A stretch of 64,000 nucleotides of DNA from a virus, in IMG/VR virus record IMGVR_UViG_3300002835_000148; one strand, given 5' to 3'. Below, piece after piece: positions 60,105 to 64,000 of this stretch. Every line of letters begins with the position of its first letter. Position 1 is the first letter of the stretch. The position numbers and the translations under genes are program-made. The notes beneath the pieces were generated by a model. It saw nothing but the letters and a program-made list of their open reading frames with translations, was not told the origin of the DNA and searched no databases.

Positions 60105-60337
60105 TGCTTTCTCTCCTCGTCCTCGTAGAATTTTGCCTCGACGCAATTCCCCCACAAACCCGTGACTTCACACAATGCGAAGCCCACTTCATCGCCACAG
60201 TCCCATGTGCCTGTACCTGCCGTAGCTAAGAAGGCATTGAGCATACCTTCTTCCTCATCCTCCAGCCCTGAGTAGTCGCCATTGATAATGGCGGGCAGGA
60301 AGTGTTCGCCTATTGTGTATTCGATTGGCTCTCTCAT
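60101..60337 (-). CDS. Hypothetical acidic protein (78 aa)
   Basis: Compact ORF with ATGA overlaps. Confidence 0.45.
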   Translation of the reverse strand: MREPIEYTIGEHFLPAIINGDYSGLEDEEEGMLNAFLATAGTGTWDCGDEVGFALCEVTGLWGNCVEAKFYEDEERKQ

Positions 60338-60699
60338 CTCAATTCCTCCGGTACATCTACCTCATCGCCTAATTTACTAGCCACATAGCAGCGCATAGCT
60401 GCGATAAGGGGGGTCGTGCCGTGAAAGTGGTCAGACCGTTTTTGTTTACGGCAGGCAAACCAGTCAGGGTTTGCTTCCTTGAATGCTTTTGCTTGTGCAA
60501 GGGTCAGGTTACACAGCACCTCTATGCCCTCCCGCTCAATGATCGGCCCACCTTGCTCCCATTTGGTCGAGGGGCTAAAAAACCCTTGTTTTACGCCATC
60601 TATGGCGATCTTACCAAGCATCAAGCCTTCACACTTTGCCACTGCCCAGTCAAGGGCAGCGCCACTCAGTCGATATGTTTTCATACTCTCGTATCTCAT
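60334..60699 (-). CDS. DUF2591-like phage protein
   Basis: LSGAALDWAVAKCEG near the N-terminus is recalled from DUF2591 (NinX-like) proteins. Confidence 0.5.
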   Translation of the reverse strand: MRYESMKTYRLSGAALDWAVAKCEGLMLGKIAIDGVKQGFFSPSTKWEQGGPIIEREGIEVLCNLTLAQAKAFKEANPDWFACRKQKRSDHFHGTTPLIAAMRCYVASKLGDEVDVPEELR

Positions 60700-60714
60700 C
60701 GTTGTTCCTCCTGT

Positions 60715-60737
60715 AAAACTTATACCGTATAAGTTTT
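60715..60737 (-). promoter_or_regulatory. 23-bp inverted repeat, copy 4 of 7
   Basis: Exact copy 15 nt upstream of ATG 60699. Confidence 0.9.
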
Positions 60738-60744
60738 CGTGTTG

Positions 60745-61014
60745 TTACTCGCCATATGCGCTTTCGATGCGCTCCCCGCTGTGGGCGCAGTACCAGTCGT
60801 ACTCGCCCCAATTCACGTCCATATAAATGACGCGCCATCCGTAATCGCTCTGTTCCCTGACAGCTCGCAATACTTCCTTGTAATTCTCCTTGACTGCCTT
60901 AAATGATAAGGCTTCGCCATCGCTGGCGATGAAATACACTGGATACCCGCCCGGCCACGCATAGGGGCCAGAGCGGAGGGCGTTCTTCAAATCTTTGCTG
61001 TTTTTTATTTCCAT
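60745..61014 (-). CDS. Hypothetical protein (89 aa)
   Basis: Compact early ORF with no motif recognised. Confidence 0.45.
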   Translation of the reverse strand: MEIKNSKDLKNALRSGPYAWPGGYPVYFIASDGEALSFKAVKENYKEVLRAVREQSDYGWRVIYMDVNWGEYDWYCAHSGERIESAYGE

Positions 61015-61016
61015 TG

Positions 61017-61247
61017 CTACTCCTCCTCTATGAACATCACTACGCAGTCGCCGTTTTTGGGGTGCAGCACTATGGTGTCATGCCCATACTGCACATCACA
61101 GGGTATACCTGCCCACCCCGCCACTGCCTTGGCAGCGCGGATTTTTGCCAGTCGGGTGTTTGTCTTGGTCTCGGCCTCGTACCGACGCACCCACGCATAG
61201 TTTGCGTCTCCTCCGAATGTATCAGTCACTTCTACTTTTATTTTCAT
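61017..61247 (-). CDS. Hypothetical protein (76 aa), first gene after promoters P2/P1
   Basis: An AGGAGAG RBS precedes it. Palindrome copy 5 lies 18 nt upstream of the ATG. Confidence 0.5.
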   Translation of the reverse strand: MKIKVEVTDTFGGDANYAWVRRYEAETKTNTRLAKIRAAKAVAGWAGIPCDVQYGHDTIVLHPKNGDCVVMFIEEE

Positions 61248-61265
61248 TGCGCTCTCCTATGTTTG

Positions 61266-61288
61266 AAAACTTATACCGTATAAGTTTT
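61266..61288 (-). promoter_or_regulatory. 23-bp inverted repeat, copy 5 of 7
   Basis: Exact copy 18 nt upstream of ATG 61247. Confidence 0.9.
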
Positions 61289-61397
61289 CGTTGGGTTTGT
61301 TGTGATGATGTGTTGTGTCTAGCTGGTAAGGCCAGCCGTCCTATATGTGAATGAAATGCGCAACGTGTAAACCTATACAAGCACCGCTCATTCATCG

Positions 61398-61417
61398 CAC
61401 CGTTTTCTCAAACAGTG
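61398..61417 (-). promoter_or_regulatory. 5' stem-loop next to promoter P1
   Basis: Minus strand CACTGTTT-GAGA-AAACGGTG. It has one U-G wobble relative to the P2 copy. Confidence 0.55.
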
Positions 61418-61422
61418 GGGAT

Positions 61423-61451
61423 ATTATACTCTAATATCTGGTTGCTGTCAA
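61423..61451 (-). promoter_or_regulatory. Promoter P1: consensus sigma70 TTGACA-N17-TATAAT
   Basis: Minus strand TTGACAGCAACCAGATATTAGAGTATAAT. Confidence 0.7.
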
Positions 61452-61519
61452 GCATTTAATTTTAGGTCATTCATCATCATCCAGCAGCACCTAAAACTCT
61501 CTGCCCTCAGCCTCCGTCC

Positions 61520-61539
61520 CACTGTTTTCTCAAACAGTG
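61520..61539 (-). promoter_or_regulatory. 5' stem-loop next to promoter P2
   Basis: Minus strand CACTGTTT-GAGA-AAACAGTG, a perfect 8-bp stem starting 5 nt after the -10 element. Confidence 0.55.
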
Positions 61540-61544
61540 GGGAT

Positions 61545-61573
61545 ATTGTACGCCTATTCTACTTCTTTGTCAA
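61545..61573 (-). promoter_or_regulatory. Promoter P2: TTGACA-N17-TACAAT
   Basis: Minus strand TTGACAAAGAAGTAGAATAGGCGTACAAT, lying 122 bp upstream of P1. Confidence 0.65.
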
Positions 61574-61604
61574 GTCTTTGTTTTTGTTGGCTTTTTCTGC
61601 GTTT

Positions 61605-62732
61605 TTACCATAGGGGTCTTACCTTTAGTGGGCTGAGTGGGATGAAGTTGGTTTTCTCCCAGTAGTTTACTGGGTCTGCATCGGGTAGCACGTGGCTTCC
61701 GTCTGCTTTTAACTCGTCCACCTTGTTTCCAGCACTGTCTATCACTACCTGCCATCCTGTCGGCTGGCCTATGGGTTTTGTGTTGCTACTGGGTTTTGTG
61801 TTGCTACTGGGTTTTGCGTTGCTACTGGGTTTTGCGTTGCTACTGGGTTTTGCGTTTTCCTGCCCCCACTCATTTTCCTCGCCTCTGCCCCATGCTTCCA
61901 GTGCATCGAGCAGGGTCATCATGTCGGCTTCGTCTATTATCCGCAGGCTCTTAGCGTATGGGGTCTGGTACTTGAGCCAATGCTCGCGTGTGTTGTTTAT
62001 AACCTGTAAGAATGAAGCCGTACTCACACCACCTAACAAGCCCGCATCTATGCTACCGCCACCTAATAGGCCAGCGCCTCCCAAGCCAGTCCCTCCGCCT
62101 ACCAGCCAATTAAATGTGTAGGCACTTTTAGCAGCCTTTTCAGCGCGTTCTGTCGCGCTGTTGCCCTTGTTCCTATTCATTATAGAAGGTAGATACATGG
62201 TAGAAGCACCCTCTGCCCTGAAATCCTGCTTGTGGTCGATGCAGTATTTGTTCTTAACATCCTCAATCAAGGCAGCACTAGGGATAATAATGGAGTGGCG
62301 CACCGTTTCGACGTAATTCACAGCACCCCCATGCGCTTCTACTCCATAGTACGACACTATGCCTTTCCTAGCTGCTATGCCTGCATTACGCATGTTCAAC
62401 GTGTTTTCTGATGCGTACCTTGTGCTTAGAAATTCTCCACGCTGGCGCGTGATGTATACAAGGTAGTCTAGTTCGGGTAGGTAGAGTCCTTCTGGCATGA
62501 ACTCCCGTGTCTTAGCACGAGGGCTTTTCCTTGGGCTTCTTTGGTTGTTTGTGTCGGTGGCGGTGGTGATTTTTATGGGCTGGTGGTTGGTGCTTTGTTG
62601 GGCGTTTTGCTGTAGGTTTTCTATCTGGTGCGTCAGTTTTTTTATCTCATCCATCATCATTGCCACCGTCTTTTCCAGCATTTTTTCACGGTCTTGGGCA
62701 CTTTCGGGGGAGGGGGAGAATTGTGATGTCAT
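61605..62732 (-). CDS. Hypothetical early protein (375 aa) with KPSSN(A/T) repeat and Gly/Leu-rich tract
   Basis: ATG 62732 (MTSQFSP) follows AGGA. The ORF-track TTG start at 62789 is itself a TTGACA hexamer. No family recognised. Confidence 0.55.
   Translation of the reverse strand: MTSQFSPSPESAQDREKMLEKTVAMMMDEIKKLTHQIENLQQNAQQSTNHQPIKITTATDTNNQRSPRKSPRAKTREFMPEGLYLPELDYLVYITRQRGEFLSTRYASENTLNMRNAGIAARKGIVSYYGVEAHGGAVNYVETVRHSIIIPSAALIEDVKNKYCIDHKQDFRAEGASTMYLPSIMNRNKGNSATERAEKAAKSAYTFNWLVGGGTGLGGAGLLGGGSIDAGLLGGVSTASFLQVINNTREHWLKYQTPYAKSLRIIDEADMMTLLDALEAWGRGEENEWGQENAKPSSNAKPSSNAKPSSNTKPSSNTKPIGQPTGWQVVIDSAGNKVDELKADGSHVLPDADPVNYWEKTNFIPLSPLKVRPLW
61773..61857 (-). repeat. 18-nt tandem repeat x ~4.7 (encodes KPSSNA/KPSSNT)
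   Basis: gggttttg(t/c)gttgctact units at 61773, 61791, 61809 and 61827, plus a partial fifth unit. Confidence 0.9.
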
Positions 62733-63025
62733 GGTGAATCCTATAATTAGATGTAACGAATCGTTCTTGTATTTGAAATAACTTGTCAAATTTAGGGGGG
62801 TTGAAAGTTACCGCTCTTACTCGGATATGATGGGGGCGTAAGCGGATTAAGTCAATAGGCTTTTTGTATTTATATTGGATTGGGGGATTGATTGGATTAG
62901 GGAAAAAATAGTGATGTTTATGGCTCTTAATTTTGGTTGTTTTTCAGTGTGAAAGTTTAACCTGTGGATAAAATTAAGGCGTTGATTTGGAAGGAGTTTT
63001 TCGACGGCGATTAAGGAAATGCGCG

Positions 63026-63152
63026 ATATAATAACCTATTCTATTAAAGAGAAAAGAGAGAGACCCTATAAGAGGGGTCGTAGGAAAACGGGCGGCTGGG
63101 AAAATCTCTACGACGCCCTCTCTTTCTTCTTTAATAGAATACATTATTATAT
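63026..63152. repeat. Large interrupted inverted repeat (~35-nt A/T-rich arms) enclosing two smaller hairpins
   Basis: Arms at 63026-63062 and 63118-63152 match except for about 4 positions. The inner stems are gaccc/gggtc (63062-63079) and gtcgtag/ctacgac (63077-63114). Confidence 0.8.
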
Positions 63153-63217
63153 CTTCTACTTTTTTCTTTTTTCGCGGGGTTCGCGCCCACCTCACCCCTG
63201 CCTCAAACGCACCCCCA

Positions 63218-63240
63218 AAAACTTATACCGTATAAGTTTT
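63218..63240 (-). promoter_or_regulatory. 23-bp inverted repeat, copy 6 of 7
   Basis: Exact copy in the non-coding control region. Confidence 0.9.
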
Positions 63241-63319
63241 GCATCCCTGCCACGCAACACGAAAACGCCCAAAGGCCTCAGTCCTAGTAATAAGGAACTG
63301 GCTTGGTGGAACTGGCTTG

Positions 63320-63342
63320 AAAACTTATACCGTATAAGTTTT
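63320..63342 (-). promoter_or_regulatory. 23-bp inverted repeat, copy 7 of 7
   Basis: Exact copy in the non-coding control region, 102 bp from copy 6. Confidence 0.9.
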
Positions 63343-63411
63343 CAGCCTCGCGCATGCGCGAACGCTAATCGAAGTGAGAATGAGAATCATTCTCAACAAA
63401 AAGTTGAGGCC

Positions 63412-63435
63412 AAAAAAGCCGCGCATACGCGCGGC
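63412..63435 (-). terminator. Rho-independent terminator of the rightmost gene
   Basis: Minus strand GCCGCGC-GTAT-GCGCGGC followed by TTTTTTGG, ~20 nt after the stop at 63454. Confidence 0.8.
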
Positions 63436-63453
63436 TATGTTGGTGAGTGCGTG

Positions 63454-64000
63454 CTACTTGCTAGACTTAGCCTTGAGCGCGTCGCCCGCTTTGCGGGTTT
63501 CCTGTTCGCTTTGTATCAAAGCATTTTTTAAGTCCACGTACTTTATGCCTAGGATTCCCGCAGTGTTTTTAATGTACTCGACTGTCAAGGGGTGCCGTTG
63601 AAATTGCAATAGTATCGTGTACCAATGCTCCAGCTCTGATAGCGCGTCCGTGTCGTCTGTTTTGCTTACTATTTTGGATAGTGTTGCGTCCGCATCTTGC
63701 ACTTGTTTTGGTGGGACTTTACCCGCTGGAGCTGGAGCTGGAGCTGGAGCTGGAGCTGGAGCTGGAGCTGGAGCTGGAGCTGGAGCTGGAGCTGGAGCTG
63801 GAGCTGGAGCTGGAGCTGGAGCTGGAGCTTTATCCGCTGATGCCGGAGCTTTATCCGCTGATGCCGGAGCTTTATCCGCTGATGCCGGAGCTGATGCCTT
63901 GCTAACAGCCCTATTGATCGTTTTGCCGTCCCAGCCTATCCACGCTTTTGCCGTTTTTAGCCTATGCGGGTTTAAGTCCGTTGGGATTATTCGCTCTTGA
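63454..64000 (-). CDS. Partial CDS (N-terminus beyond window) with (Pro-Ala)n and SADKAPA repeats
   Basis: The frame of ORF 63454-63702 stays open to base 64000. Read by hand it is ...WIGWDGKTINRAVSKASAPASADKAPASADKAPASADKA(PA)17...GKVPPKQVQDADATLSK... The GTG at 63702 is only the first in-window start codon. Confidence 0.6.
   Translation of the reverse strand, partial: QERIIPTDLNPHRLKTAKAWIGWDGKTINRAVSKASAPASADKAPASADKAPASADKAPAPAPAPAPAPAPAPAPAPAPAPAPAPAPAPAPAGKVPPKQVQDADATLSKIVSKTDDTDALSELEHWYTILLQFQRHPLTVEYIKNTAGILGIKYVDLKNALIQSEQETRKAGDALKAKSSK
63725..63826 (-). repeat. Perfect hexanucleotide tandem repeat (GCTGGA)17
   Basis: Counted directly. It encodes (Pro-Ala)17 in the minus-strand frame. 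Confidence 0.95.
63827..63889 (-). repeat. 21-nt tandem repeat x3 (gctttatccgctgatgccgga)
   Basis: Three exact units encoding the heptad SADKAPA (register arbitrary), read as APASADK in the flanking sequence, on the minus strand. Confidence 0.9.

Noticed and set aside
62784-62789. TTGACA hexamer (minus strand) upstream of the 375-aa early gene as its promoter.
   Set aside because: No acceptable -10 hexamer lies 16-18 nt downstream. The promoter of this gene remains unidentified.
62974-63195. 73-aa minus-strand ORF (GTG start) 22 nt downstream of palindrome copy 6.
   Set aside because: It lies almost entirely within the large inverted repeat, so its sequence is dictated by the arms. It has a poor start context and odd composition. 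It is kept in mind only because of its spacing from the palindrome.
56000-63342. Possibility that the seven identical palindromic repeats form a CRISPR array.
   Set aside because: The spacing is irregular, from about 100 bp to about 2 kb. Protein-coding genes lie between the copies, the repeat is only 23 bp and no cas genes are present.
63019-63531. 170-aa plus-strand ORF, and other plus-strand ORFs containing the peptide (K/E)NLYRISF (59564, 60479, 61014, 61145).
   Set aside because: The shared peptide is simply the translation of the 23-bp inverted repeat. These ORFs run through non-coding repeats or antisense to real genes.
63617-64000. Plus-strand ORFs reading the hexanucleotide repeat as (AG)n or (LE)n.
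   Set aside because: The minus-strand Pro-Ala frame is contiguous with a coding-looking C-terminal domain and ends just before a strong minus-strand terminator. The plus-strand frames have no such context.
1-64000. Search for tRNA genes, a reverse transcriptase or diversity-generating retroelement, and integrase or repressor lysogeny genes.
   Set aside because: No T-loop or cloverleaf candidates, no RT motifs and no integrase-like ORF were noticed by eye. A tRNA scan and profile searches would be needed to exclude them formally.

Overview
This window is most of the genome of a tailed dsDNA phage whose gene content looks podovirus-like. No tail tube, sheath or tape-measure gene is visible. 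Instead there is a run of internal-virion or ejection-type proteins and a 2631-aa polyvalent virion protein. Functions were assigned from motifs I recognise by eye, with no database search, so family names are recollections to be verified.

Layout:
- Plus strand, 1-36308: one long late operon. It runs from the terminase large subunit C-terminus through portal, GroES-like protein, scaffold, major capsid, small basic or low-complexity virion proteins, tail fibres and spikes (one with a GDPD domain), an M15 endolysin with a holin-like ORF, ejection proteins and the giant protein.
- Minus strand, 36421-64000: replication, nucleotide-metabolism and early genes, converging on the late operon at hairpin terminators near 36.3 kb. 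Genes include an AEP primase/SF3 helicase, an SSB-like protein, an SNF2-type helicase, a Cas4-like exonuclease, a family A DNA polymerase, VRR-NUC, a ThyX-like protein, MazG, a MoxR ATPase/VWA module and many small ORFs.
- No tRNA, CRISPR array, reverse transcriptase or phage RNA polymerase was seen. Near-consensus sigma70 promoters are present.

Most notable observations:
1. Both the DNA polymerase and the SNF2 helicase are interrupted by related inteins. In each, the central ~0.7 kb encodes a complete homing-endonuclease-like gene with its own SD, ATG and stop in a different reading frame, while the host frame stays open. A third, free-standing paralogue sits next to the polymerase.
2. Five translationally coupled, glycine-rich small genes form a tandem array. 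The conserved C-terminal codons of each gene encode the SD and ATG of the next.
3. A perfectly conserved 23-bp inverted repeat occurs seven times in the early region, usually 15-19 nt upstream of a start codon.
4. Four sigma70-like promoters are each followed immediately by a stem-loop at the predicted 5' end of the transcript. One wobble substitution and a separate covarying hairpin point to RNA-level function.
5. A ~0.7-kb non-coding control region carries a large interrupted inverted repeat, iteron-like repeats and palindromes.
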